Part shown: one piece after another, positions 18,220 through 27,423 of the stretch
Layout of the letters: every line of letters starts with the position of its first letter
How positions within the stretch are numbered: position 1 is the stretch's first letter
Source of the DNA: Candidatus Zixiibacteriota bacterium
GTDB lineage: Bacteria > Zixibacteria > MSB-5A5 > GN15 > FEB-12
NCBI GenBank assembly: GCA_022571845.1
Contig: JACZXB010000005.1
Span: forward strand, 83,888 to 147,887
Length of the DNA stretch: 64,000 bases
Direction of reading: 5' to 3'
Notes under the pieces: generated by a model
The model's database searches: none
Told to the model about the DNA's origin: nothing
What the model saw: the letters and a program-made list of their open reading frames with translations, nothing else
Made by a program: the position numbers and the translations under genes

Positions 18220-19542
18220 ATGCCCCTATACTTATCTAGAGTAAAAATTTCCAATATCAGGTGCTTCGAAAAACTCAATATTAATTTTCGCAAAAAAGAT
18301 GACCTTATACTCTGGACGACTTTGCTCGGAGACAATGCGACTGGCAAAACAACCTTATTGAAATGCATTGCGTTGGGTTTATGTGACGAATCCAGTGCAG
18401 CCGGATTGTTAAAGGAGTCTGAAGAAGGATACATTAGGAAAGATGAGGAATGGGCGACAATTTCAATTGAATTATGCTACAGCAAAGGTAGCAACAAGAC
18501 ATATCGGATAAATACGAGGATTGAGAAAATTCGAATGAAAGGGAAGGAAAAACAAACTTTCGAGAAACTTAGACAACGTACAATCCCTTTTAAAAATTTT
18601 CCATGGCATGACATTTTTGTATGCGCATATGGAATAGGTCGTGGAATATCGGGCACTGGAGATATTTCAGGTTATTACCCCATTAGCGCTGTCTATAATC
18701 TTTTCAACTATTTTGAGGGACTTCAGAACCCCGAATTAATTCTTCGACGCATAGATAAGAAAACAACCGTAAAGAGAATTCTTAAGGAAGTTAGTGAAAA
18801 AGCAATGCGAGCAGCTGGTATTGATCCAATCTCGATGGCTGGGGCAAAGGAAGGACTTAAAGTTAGCGGACAATGGGAAAGTGAGTTTCCGCTTAGAGAT
18901 GTTGCAGATGGAGTTAGGTCTTTTTTACAGTGGATTATTGATTTTATCGGTTGGGCACTTAGCTATGATAAGAAAATAGATAGACTCAAAATGATTCATG
19001 GAATTGTAATTGTAGATGCGTTAGAAGAGCACCTACACCCGGTTTGGCAACGATATGTTGTCAGTGATCTTAAGAAGGCATTTCCAAACGTCCAGTTCGT
19101 GATTTCTTCTCATTCACCACTAGTAGCTGCTGGTTCTTCTGATTTTGAGGATGCATTATTGGTAAATTTAGTACTCGAGCTTGGAAATAAAGTAGTAAGA
19201 AAATACATTAACCTTAAAAGCCTACATAATCTGCGACCTGATCAAATACTAAGGATCGCTTTCGGCCTGCCTGTGATCATTAGTCCCAAATCCCCCGATA
19301 GAATTTCACGTTTCATTGAACTTGCAACTAAAAAGAAGCCTAGCCCGTCTGAAAAGAAACAACTGGCAACGTTGAAGCAGAGTATTAAAAGTACATTTGA
19401 ATTTGAACACACAAATTACGAACAACAAGTGTACAACGCTCTAAACATTGTGCTTAAGAAGATCCTGAAAGAGGAACCATCGGAAATTCACAAATTGATA
19501 GAGCAAAAAACTCTTTATAAGTTATTTAGGGGGGGCGATTAA
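18220..19542 (+). CDS. AAA/ABC-type ATPase, Septu PtuA-like
   Basis: N-terminus LSRVKISNIRCFEKL; Walker A GDNATGKT (18328-18351); Walker B IVIVDALEEHLHP. An HNH gene follows immediately. Confidence 0.65.
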   Translation: MPLYLSRVKISNIRCFEKLNINFRKKDDLILWTTLLGDNATGKTTLLKCIALGLCDESSAAGLLKESEEGYIRKDEEWATISIELCYSKGSNKTYRINTRIEKIRMKGKEKQTFEKLRQRTIPFKNFPWHDIFVCAYGIGRGISGTGDISGYYPISAVYNLFNYFEGLQNPELILRRIDKKTTVKRILKEVSEKAMRAAGIDPISMAGAKEGLKVSGQWESEFPLRDVADGVRSFLQWIIDFIGWALSYDKKIDRLKMIHGIVIVDALEEHLHPVWQRYVVSDLKKAFPNVQFVISSHSPLVAAGSSDFEDALLVNLVLELGNKVVRKYINLKSLHNLRPDQILRIAFGLPVIISPKSPDRISRFIELATKKKPSPSEKKQLATLKQSIKSTFEFEHTNYEQQVYNALNIVLKKILKEEPSEIHKLIEQKTLYKLFRGGD

Positions 19543-19544
19543 TA

Positions 19545-20321
19545 ATGCGGAAAATAGTATTTGATGAACCAACTCATGCAAAGTGGATAAAATGGCGTAA
19601 AGATTGTGAAACGGCTTCCAGGAAAATAGTTGATGAGTTTAAACGAAGTAAAAAGTTTGAAATCAATAACAAACTATACAAGAGACAAAAATCTGAATAC
19701 TATAAGGAAGATGGAGCATTTTTCGGAAAATGTGCATATTGTGAAGCTAAACTAAAATCCAAACCAAGTTTAGACCACTACCGTCCAAAGAAGGCCGTCG
19801 CCGATGAAAACGGGAATCAATTAAAACACCCGGGGTATTATTGGTTAGTATATTCCTGGGATAATTTACTGCCTTCCTGCGCATCATGTAACGAGGGTGC
19901 AAAGTTTAAGGGTGTAAGTGTCGGAAAACAGGACAAATTTCCCGTTAGAAACATTCGCGCGAGAAGACCAGGAGATGAGGTTAAAGAAAAGCCACTGATA
20001 CTGAATCCGACCATTGATGACCCTGCAAAGCATCTTGAATGGAGTTCAGACAAAGGGAAAATGATGATTGGAAAAACTAAAGAAGGTAAAATTACTATTA
20101 AAATTTTATGGGGTGAATCACAAGACATAATAAAGGAAGAATGGGAAACGGCTTACAATGATGTGCTTGCAAGGTTATTTGGTTTTCTTTTTTCAGGAAA
20201 GGCAAACTGGCGACAAGAAAGACAAAAGTTTACTGATGGAATAATAAGTGGTAAAGCTGAATATTCGTTTGTTCGAAGAGCGGCATTGAGGGACGTGAAA
20301 GATTTCAGTATTGAACCATGA
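19545..20321 (+). CDS. HNH endonuclease, Septu PtuB-like
   Basis: CAYCE...LDHYRPK...WDNLLPSCASCN is an HNH Cys/His pattern. The gene starts 2 nt after the ATPase stop. Confidence 0.65.
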   Translation: MRKIVFDEPTHAKWIKWRKDCETASRKIVDEFKRSKKFEINNKLYKRQKSEYYKEDGAFFGKCAYCEAKLKSKPSLDHYRPKKAVADENGNQLKHPGYYWLVYSWDNLLPSCASCNEGAKFKGVSVGKQDKFPVRNIRARRPGDEVKEKPLILNPTIDDPAKHLEWSSDKGKMMIGKTKEGKITIKILWGESQDIIKEEWETAYNDVLARLFGFLFSGKANWRQERQKFTDGIISGKAEYSFVRRAALRDVKDFSIEP

Positions 20322-20345
20322 ATTGAAAAGGATTTATTTTAATAC

Positions 20346-21539
20346 GTGTTTGAAAAATTAAGAGAGTCGACTCCTTGCTACATTGTAAGCGAGCAAAAAC
20401 TGCGAACAAAGTTTACAATGCTCAAGACTATGTCGCAGCTTAAGGACTTTTCGTTTATTTTCCCGCTGAAACCAGTTGCAATCCCAGTCGTGCTTAATCT
20501 ATTGAAAGAAGTTGTTTCTGGCTTTTCGGTTAGTTCTTTAAATGAGTCCATTCTGGTCAGGAAGTTATTCCATGCTGAAATTCCTGTATTCTTGACTTCT
20601 CCGGCAATGAAAAGTGAGGAAGTCGATAGGCTCGCTAATCTGTGTGACCATATAAGCTTTAACTCCCTCGGACAATTAGCAAGGTTTGGTTCAGTGTTCG
20701 CGAGACGATGTAAATTAGGACTTAGGGTTAATCCGGGCTTATCTTTTGTAAAAGACAAAAGATATAATCCTTGCAGAAAGTATTCAAAGCTAGGTGTCAC
20801 GCTTGACGAACTTAATGAGTTAGTTCAGATGAAATCCGATGAATTAAAACAAATCTCTGGCATTTCCTTCCATAATAATTGTGAGTCAGATGATTTTGCT
20901 GATTTATTAGAAACTATACATATTCTAAATGAAAGAATTCCTGCAGTGCTGCAGTCAATAAATTGGATAAATATTGGCGGCGGTTACTCTATATCGAAAA
21001 AGACTAATTGGGATCCCTTTCTGAAGGGCATTCGAATTTTAAAAGAGAAGTATAACTTGAAAATCTACTTTGAGCCGGGTAAGGGCATTATAGGAGATAC
21101 AATTCAATTGATTTCATCTGTCCAGGATATAATAGCAAGAAAAGATAAGCTAATCGCAATTTTGGATACCTCTGTCAATCACATGCCTGAAGTTTTCGAA
21201 TATCAATATCGGCCATCTGTCTTGCATAGTAACACGAAGGGTAAACATAGATATATTCTTGCAGGCGCATCTTGCCTTGCCGGTGATATTTTCGGAGAAT
21301 ACTCATTTGATAAGCAATTGGAAATTGGGTCAAAGATTGTCTTTGAAGACATGGGTGCATATACTCTCGTAAAGGCACATATGTTTAATGGAATCAATTT
21401 ACCTACTATTTATTTGTTGAGTATGGATGGTGAATTGGAATTAATAAGAGAATATGATTACGAGGACTTCTTGTCCAGATGTGGAGCCAAAAAGCATGAT
21501 ACTATACGAAAAGTCGCTTACGATATCAAAGCCAGTTAA
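20346..21539 (+). CDS. nspC: Carboxy(nor)spermidine decarboxylase-like PLP enzyme (fold-type III)
   Basis: TPCYIVSEQKLR N-terminus, NIGGGY, FEPGKGIIGD, LAGASCLAGDIFGEY, and the C-terminal FEDMGAYTLVKAHMFNGINLPTIY. Confidence 0.7.
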   Translation: MFEKLRESTPCYIVSEQKLRTKFTMLKTMSQLKDFSFIFPLKPVAIPVVLNLLKEVVSGFSVSSLNESILVRKLFHAEIPVFLTSPAMKSEEVDRLANLCDHISFNSLGQLARFGSVFARRCKLGLRVNPGLSFVKDKRYNPCRKYSKLGVTLDELNELVQMKSDELKQISGISFHNNCESDDFADLLETIHILNERIPAVLQSINWINIGGGYSISKKTNWDPFLKGIRILKEKYNLKIYFEPGKGIIGDTIQLISSVQDIIARKDKLIAILDTSVNHMPEVFEYQYRPSVLHSNTKGKHRYILAGASCLAGDIFGEYSFDKQLEIGSKIVFEDMGAYTLVKAHMFNGINLPTIYLLSMDGELELIREYDYEDFLSRCGAKKHDTIRKVAYDIKAS

Positions 21540-22893
21540 TAAACGGAATCTTCTACAGACATTCACGGATAGGATTTTATCTCAGCTCCCTGATGGTGAG
21601 ATTCCTGTTAGATGTGTTGTTACCGAATCAAACGATGCCGAATGGAAATGCGAACTTGGCGTTATGGCCGAATTTTCTGATCGATACATCCTAAATTATG
21701 ATTTTATTTTTAAGTTCAGGAAGCGTCAATATGAGAATTGTGACGCTTTTAATATAGTGCTTATTGTGCCTACTGGAATAGATGCAGAAATAGGGGGGGA
21801 TGCTGGGGATGCCGGACCGGTGGCGAGGCTTTTGGCTGGTAGTTGCGACAATCTGATAACACATCCAAACGTTGTCAACGCTTCGGACATAAACGAATTG
21901 CCAGATAACGGGCTATACGTTGAAGGAAGCGTATTGACCCGGCTCTTGATGGGTTCAGTTGGGCTGCAAAAGGTAAGGTCAAATAGAGTATTGGTGGTTT
22001 TGGATAAGCACGAGGACAAGTTCTTTTATGAAGCTGCCGTCAATTCTGTTTCAGCAGCCAGGTCAAACCTCGGGCTGAATTGTCCTTCGGTCGTACTGAT
22101 GGACGAAAAGATTTCGATGCAGTCATTATATTCCAATTCTGGGAGGGCAGTTGGCAGTATAACCCACTTAGAACGGCTTTGCGATTTACTCAATACTCAC
22201 AGAAGTCAATTTGACGCTGTCGCGCTATCTTCAGTAATCCAAGTTCCCCCAGAGTGCCATGCAGATTATTTCATTACCGAGATGATTAATCCTTGGGGTG
22301 GAGTGGAGGCAATGCTAACCCACACATTATCCAGCTTATTCAATGTGCCGACAGCCCACTCTCCTATGCTGGAAAACAGAGAAATACTAAATCTTGAAGT
22401 GGGAATAGTAGACCCAAGGAAGTCAGCAGAAGCGATTTCAACGACCTTTCTGCACTGTATTTTGAAAGGATTACACAAAAGTCCGAAAATAATTGAAAGC
22501 CCTCGATTAGATGGCGAGTCAGGTCTTTTGACTGTCGTTGACGTTTCGTGTATCGTAATACCTTACGGTTGTATTGGTTTACCGACTCTGGCAGCAATTG
22601 AACAGGGGATACCAGTCATAGCGGTAAAAGAAAATACGAATCGAATGAGAAACCGCCTCGAGGATTTGCCTTTTGAAAATGGCCAGCTCTATGTGGTTGA
22701 CAACTATCTGGAAGCAGTAGGTGTAATTCAGGCCATTAAGTCCGGGGTCGCTATCGATTCTGTTCGACGGCCAATGGAGCAGACGCAGGTTGTTGGGATT
22801 GAACAAAAGAAATCCACGAAATCGACTGCCATAAATTGCCGCCCTGCAGAAGAAAAGACCCAAATTGAGGAGTCAAAAAGATCAGCCGGTTGA
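21496..22893 (+). CDS. DUF3326-like protein (conserved, uncharacterised) with N-terminal extension
   Basis: LIVPTGIDAEIGGDAGDAGPVARLLAGSCDNLITHPNVVNASD...LYVEGS matches my recollection of the DUF3326 core. The start is ambiguous: ATG at 21454, 21496 or 21664. The first two overlap the nspC-like gene. Confidence 0.55.
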   Translation: MILYEKSLTISKPVNKRNLLQTFTDRILSQLPDGEIPVRCVVTESNDAEWKCELGVMAEFSDRYILNYDFIFKFRKRQYENCDAFNIVLIVPTGIDAEIGGDAGDAGPVARLLAGSCDNLITHPNVVNASDINELPDNGLYVEGSVLTRLLMGSVGLQKVRSNRVLVVLDKHEDKFFYEAAVNSVSAARSNLGLNCPSVVLMDEKISMQSLYSNSGRAVGSITHLERLCDLLNTHRSQFDAVALSSVIQVPPECHADYFITEMINPWGGVEAMLTHTLSSLFNVPTAHSPMLENREILNLEVGIVDPRKSAEAISTTFLHCILKGLHKSPKIIESPRLDGESGLLTVVDVSCIVIPYGCIGLPTLAAIEQGIPVIAVKENTNRMRNRLEDLPFENGQLYVVDNYLEAVGVIQAIKSGVAIDSVRRPMEQTQVVGIEQKKSTKSTAINCRPAEEKTQIEESKRSAG

Positions 22894-23030
22894 TTAGGGT
22901 AGAAACTATTCTCTCATGGGACCGGATAGATAATGTCTGAAATCCTTTGCCTCTCGGTGGGACTTGTTATTTCATCGGATAAACTCTTGGGGAGGAGTTA
23001 GAGAGTATTGAACGGTTGGAAAAAACCAGC

Positions 23031-23060
23031 TTGACAGCTGCATTTCCGTACCCCTATTTT
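23031..23060 (+). promoter_or_regulatory. Candidate sigma70-type promoter upstream of the binding-protein gene
   Basis: TTGACA (23031-23036), 18-nt spacer, TATTTT (23055-23060). Confidence 0.3.
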
Positions 23061-23074
23061 GTATAACTCATTGA

Positions 23075-24247
23075 ATGAAAATCAAATCAGAAAACGCGAG
23101 GAATAAAAAGATGACTTCTTTCATGTCCAGATTCTCAAAGTGTCTATCTGTTGTCGCCATAATTCTTGCATCATTTCTTATTCTTTTCCTCGGGTGTGGT
23201 AAGAAGGAAGAGGGGGTATTAAAGATAGGGGCGACTCTTCCGCTCAGTGGAGACGCTGCCGTATGGGGTAACAACACTAAAGATGGAATTGACCTCGCCG
23301 TAGAGGAGTTGAACGCGATTGGTGGTATAAAGGGAAGAACAGTTAAAGTAATTTATGAAGATACTGAAGCATTACCTGCAAAAGGAGTTAACGCCTATAA
23401 GAAGTTGACCAGTATCGATAAGGTTGAAGTAATTATCGATAACTCCGTTAGCAGTGTTACCCTGGCAATGGCGCCGATGGCTGAGAAGGATAGCGTAGTA
23501 ATTCTCGCAACTGGAGCAACTGCACCAAAGATTTCAGAAGCTGGTGAATTCATATTTCGTATTTGGAATTCCGACGCTTATGAAGGAGAATTTTCGGCTT
23601 CATTTGCCATTAATGATTTGGGGCTAAAGAAAGTAGCGATTCTTTACATTAATAATGACTACGGTATTGGGCTTGAAAAAGTATTCAATTCAAAGTTTAA
23701 TGAATTTGGCGGAGAAGTGGTGGAATCACAAAGTTTCGATCAAAGCGCTACTGACATGAGAACTCAATTAACAAAGATTAGCGCTTCCACACCAGACGTC
23801 CTCTATTTGGTTGGGTATCCCAAGGAAATACCGATTGCATTAAGACAAATCAAAGAATTAGGCATAAATATGCCCTTGATCGGAACGGTTGCAATGGAGG
23901 ACCCTCAGTTAATACAAAGTGCAGGGAACGCCGCTGAAGGATTAATGTATCCATTTCCAGTTGCTCCTTCAGGCGAGCATGTTAACCAGTTTAGAAACTC
24001 ATTTATGAACAAATATGGAAAAGAACCAGGTATCACGTGTGACGTCGGGTATGACGCAGTAAATATGATTGCCAAATCAATTCTGCTATCCGGTGGGGAC
24101 AGAGGCGAAGAGATACGTAAAGGTTTAAATATGATTGAAGACTATCCAGGAGTTTCTGGCATTATGACGTTTGATGAAAATGGTGATGTACAGAAGCCGA
24201 TGATGATGAAAGTGATAAAGAATGGCGCCTTCAACTGGCTTAACTAA
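23075..24247 (+). CDS. ABC transporter substrate-binding lipoprotein, Leu/Ile/Val-binding (type 1 periplasmic binding protein) family
   Basis: Signal peptide with lipobox LFLGCG, then KIGATLPLSGDAAVWG typical of LivJ/K-like proteins. The start could also be the ATG at 23111. Confidence 0.8.
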   Translation: MKIKSENARNKKMTSFMSRFSKCLSVVAIILASFLILFLGCGKKEEGVLKIGATLPLSGDAAVWGNNTKDGIDLAVEELNAIGGIKGRTVKVIYEDTEALPAKGVNAYKKLTSIDKVEVIIDNSVSSVTLAMAPMAEKDSVVILATGATAPKISEAGEFIFRIWNSDAYEGEFSASFAINDLGLKKVAILYINNDYGIGLEKVFNSKFNEFGGEVVESQSFDQSATDMRTQLTKISASTPDVLYLVGYPKEIPIALRQIKELGINMPLIGTVAMEDPQLIQSAGNAAEGLMYPFPVAPSGEHVNQFRNSFMNKYGKEPGITCDVGYDAVNMIAKSILLSGGDRGEEIRKGLNMIEDYPGVSGIMTFDENGDVQKPMMMKVIKNGAFNWLN

Positions 24248-24299
24248 AAATTCTAATACACCAACTAAAATAAGCAAGACTACACGTTTTAAAATTGCC

Positions 24300-25331
24300 A
24301 TGACTCAATTTAGTAAGTCTATTTTAAGGGTCATAATACATTTAAAGATTTTTTTTAAGAGAACATTTAGCTTTTGTTACATTCATTCGACTTTTAGATC
24401 TTTCGTCATTCCTGTATTCTTTGGTTTGGCTACTTTTGTAATTGGTCGGTTTATCTTTGATGATTTGATTGTAATTGTTTTGACGATTTTTGCCGTACTT
24501 CTGTCTCTCAAGTTCGTGCAATCATTAAGCGGTATAGTATTTAGAAAACATCTAAAACCGTATGTTACTCTATTGGACCGGTTACATCCAGTTACACAGA
24601 AGTTCGGGTCTGAGTTAACAGGGCGTTATATAAAATATTTTCGAGACAAGAAAGAAGAAAAGTTCATTAATCTAGATATTTTTGTTCGGAATCGTAAAAT
24701 ATGTTTACTGAACCTTCTAGAAGAACTTGAAGATGCAGGAATTTATTTGAAAGAGGACGAGTATGAATTATTGCTCAGTAGTACAAGCGCATTAGATCCG
24801 GGTACTTTTCTTGCAATTTGGGATACTGATCAAATAAAAATTACTGAATCAGTAGCCAAGACATATTTGAACTGTTTGGAAAAACAATACAAAACACAAT
24901 TGGAAAGAAACAAGCGAAGGATATTTGTTTTCAAAGATAAAAATGCGTACATGCAAACGATTAACCATAACGTTGACTGGCCACCTTTATTGAAAAAGCA
25001 CTTTTCTTCATTTGGATTCAAGAAAGTTCATTATTGCTATAAGAGTGATTTTAATAGGGTAATTGCTAGTCATCAGAACGCAACGAAGAAGGTCACGGAC
25101 TTTATTTTGTGCAGTTTATCAACTTTAGTAGGTCGATTTCGATGGCTCATAGGCGTGGGAGTCAATAAAGATGAAACGAAAAAAACCTATTTAGTTTCGG
25201 ATAGAGAAATTCGTTCGGAAATTGATTCCACATTTGCATTTTACAAGGACTTGCTGAAAGACTCAGATAAAAATAAGAGATATTTTTTACCCAATCATAA
25301 TGGAGGATACAATGGGTCAATTAATTATTAG
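24300..25331 (+). CDS. Hypothetical membrane-anchored protein
   Basis: Two N-terminal hydrophobic helices and a ~250-aa soluble domain with no recognised motif. The internal ATG at 24300 is preferred over 24222, which overlaps the upstream gene. Confidence 0.4.
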   Translation: MTQFSKSILRVIIHLKIFFKRTFSFCYIHSTFRSFVIPVFFGLATFVIGRFIFDDLIVIVLTIFAVLLSLKFVQSLSGIVFRKHLKPYVTLLDRLHPVTQKFGSELTGRYIKYFRDKKEEKFINLDIFVRNRKICLLNLLEELEDAGIYLKEDEYELLLSSTSALDPGTFLAIWDTDQIKITESVAKTYLNCLEKQYKTQLERNKRRIFVFKDKNAYMQTINHNVDWPPLLKKHFSSFGFKKVHYCYKSDFNRVIASHQNATKKVTDFILCSLSTLVGRFRWLIGVGVNKDETKKTYLVSDREIRSEIDSTFAFYKDLLKDSDKNKRYFLPNHNGGYNGSINY

Positions 25332-25488
25332 GTATACTAATTCGGAAAAAATAAAATCTGGTACACTTAATTTAAATCTAAAACTCAAGAAAAAGGAACA
25401 TGCATCAATTAAGGATGCTGACATTGAGGAAATTGTGCTAGATGGTAAGGCGTTTAAACCTATTAAAATTGTGGATCAGAAAAATTAG
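25312..25488 (+). CDS. Small hypothetical protein (58 aa)
   Basis: GGAGGA lies 4 nt before ATG 25312. Lys-rich; no family recognised. Confidence 0.3.
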   Translation: MGQLIIRYTNSEKIKSGTLNLNLKLKKKEHASIKDADIEEIVLDGKAFKPIKIVDQKN

Positions 25489-25512
25489 AATTTAAGTCGG
25501 CTATGTTAATTA

Positions 25513-26541
25513 ATGATAATAGCTAATTCGACAGTATCTGAGATTGAGTCTACGGGGAAAGAAATTGAAAAATTATTGGAAGAAAGGCTCAAACTTGAAT
25601 TGTCTGATTTTGAACAAGTTAAGAGTATCGCGCTTTTTGGGTTAAAAGATATCGGATTGAGATTAAGACCATTCTTTCTCAAAATTTCCTATACTGCTTC
25701 AGGCCGTAATTTTGATGATGTAAAAGCCCTGGCCTCCGCAGTCGAATTGATACAAATCTCTACATTGATTATTGATGACTTTCTAGATGATAGTCTATTG
25801 AGAAATCATCGGCCAAGTATATATTCAAAATGGGGCTCAAAGCAAGCTGTATGTTCCGGAACCTATTTATCATCTTACGCCTTAAATCTTTTTGTTCAAG
25901 AATTGAATAGTCGAAATAATTTTAAGAACCAGGGCGAGGTCTCATCTCTGCTCCTGAAATCACATTCGGATATTTATTTAGGGCAATTTATGGACATATC
26001 CATAGGATCAAACCCGGAATTCAATGAAAGTGAATATTTTGATTTAATTAAACTAACAACTGGTTCTTTTATTAGTGCTTCTTTAGAAATCGGTGCAATG
26101 TTATGGGGAGCTGATTCCACAGAACTTAATAGATTGAAAAAAATTGGATTAAATCTTGGATTGGCGTATCAAATGCGCGACGATGTACTAGATATAGTAG
26201 GTGAAACTGCTTACATGGGTAAACCTGCATTTAGGGATATTTACGAAAGAAAAATGAGGCTGCCAATAATTTTTGCTCTGAAGAATGCAATGCCGGATTT
26301 ATATAGCAAGATAATTCAATTATTATTAAAGAAGAGCAATTTGGTTGAAGAGGATATATTATTTATTTCTCGTACAATTATTTCTTCTGGTGCCATCGAA
26401 TATACCATCGAGAAAATCAAATATTATTGTAATAAGGCTATTGAAGAAATAGATGACTTGTCTGATCAGTTTTCAGAATGTTCTGAACACTTGCGTACAG
26501 TTGCTAATTTGATTTCTGATTTCGATACAGGAAATAGTTGA
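25513..26541 (+). CDS. Polyprenyl (geranylgeranyl/farnesyl) diphosphate synthase family
   Basis: First Asp-rich motif IIDDFLDDS and second Asp-rich motif MRDDVLDIVGE, at the spacing typical of trans-prenyltransferases. Confidence 0.8.
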   Translation: MIIANSTVSEIESTGKEIEKLLEERLKLELSDFEQVKSIALFGLKDIGLRLRPFFLKISYTASGRNFDDVKALASAVELIQISTLIIDDFLDDSLLRNHRPSIYSKWGSKQAVCSGTYLSSYALNLFVQELNSRNNFKNQGEVSSLLLKSHSDIYLGQFMDISIGSNPEFNESEYFDLIKLTTGSFISASLEIGAMLWGADSTELNRLKKIGLNLGLAYQMRDDVLDIVGETAYMGKPAFRDIYERKMRLPIIFALKNAMPDLYSKIIQLLLKKSNLVEEDILFISRTIISSGAIEYTIEKIKYYCNKAIEEIDDLSDQFSECSEHLRTVANLISDFDTGNS

Positions 26542-26548
26542 ACTTACT

Positions 26549-27423
26549 ATGTCGCAACTCCTCCTCAACGGCATAATCGCCGGCAGTATATATGCGCTAA
26601 TCGCGATTGGGTTTACGGTTATATACAAGACCGTGAAATTTTTTCATTTTGCGCATGGAGTAGTCTATACCACGGGGGCTTATCTGGCCTACACTTTGGT
26701 CATACAGTTCGGTGTTAACCCTATTGTAAGTTTTTTTTTGCCTCGACACTGACCGCCATACTCGGCGTTACAATTGACCGGCTGGTCTATCGTCCTCTTC
26801 GCAAGCGTAAAGCGGCCAACTTAGTTTATCTCATAGCCTCATTCGGGATTTTCATTTTTGTTCAAAATCTGCTTCAGCTCATTTATGGGGCACAGATTCT
26901 GACTCTACGCACCGGACCAGTTATAGAGGGACACCATATCCTCGGGGCGGTCATTACCGACATTCAGATTCTAATACTCATTGTCAGTTTAGTTTTCTTA
27001 GCAGCTTTGTGGCTTTTCATTCAACGCACCAGACTTGGAAAAGAGATGCGGGCAGTGGCCGATGACCCTATAGCTGCAAGAGTAGTCGGCATCTACCCAG
27101 AGAAAGTTATCTTTATGGCGTTTGCAATCGGTTCGGCACTTGCCGGTGCAGCGGGAATACTAATATCACTGGAAACCAACATTCAACCCACTATGGGCTT
27201 CAATGCAATTCTGAAAGGAATCATTGCATCAATTATAGGCGGAATCGGCAGTATCCCAGGGGCAGTGCTCGGCGGGTTCTTCCTGGGAATTGCAGAGAAT
27301 CTAGGTATCTGGAAAATCCAGGCCGGCTGGAAAGACAGCATTGCTTTTGCGATTCTGATAATCTTCCTCTTGTTTCGCCCGGGAGGAATTTTCGGTGTGC
27401 CAGTTGATAAGGAACGGATTTAG
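26549..27423 (+). pseudogene. livH: LivH-type branched-chain amino acid ABC permease, split by a 1-nt frameshift in a T9 run
   Basis: The frame-2 ORF 26549-26752 ends in TGA. The LivH-like sequence continues without stops in frame 1 from 26740 (ASTLTAILGVTIDRLVYRPLRKRK...) to 27423. The junction is the T9 homopolymer at 26731-26739; T10 would restore one ORF. Confidence 0.8.
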
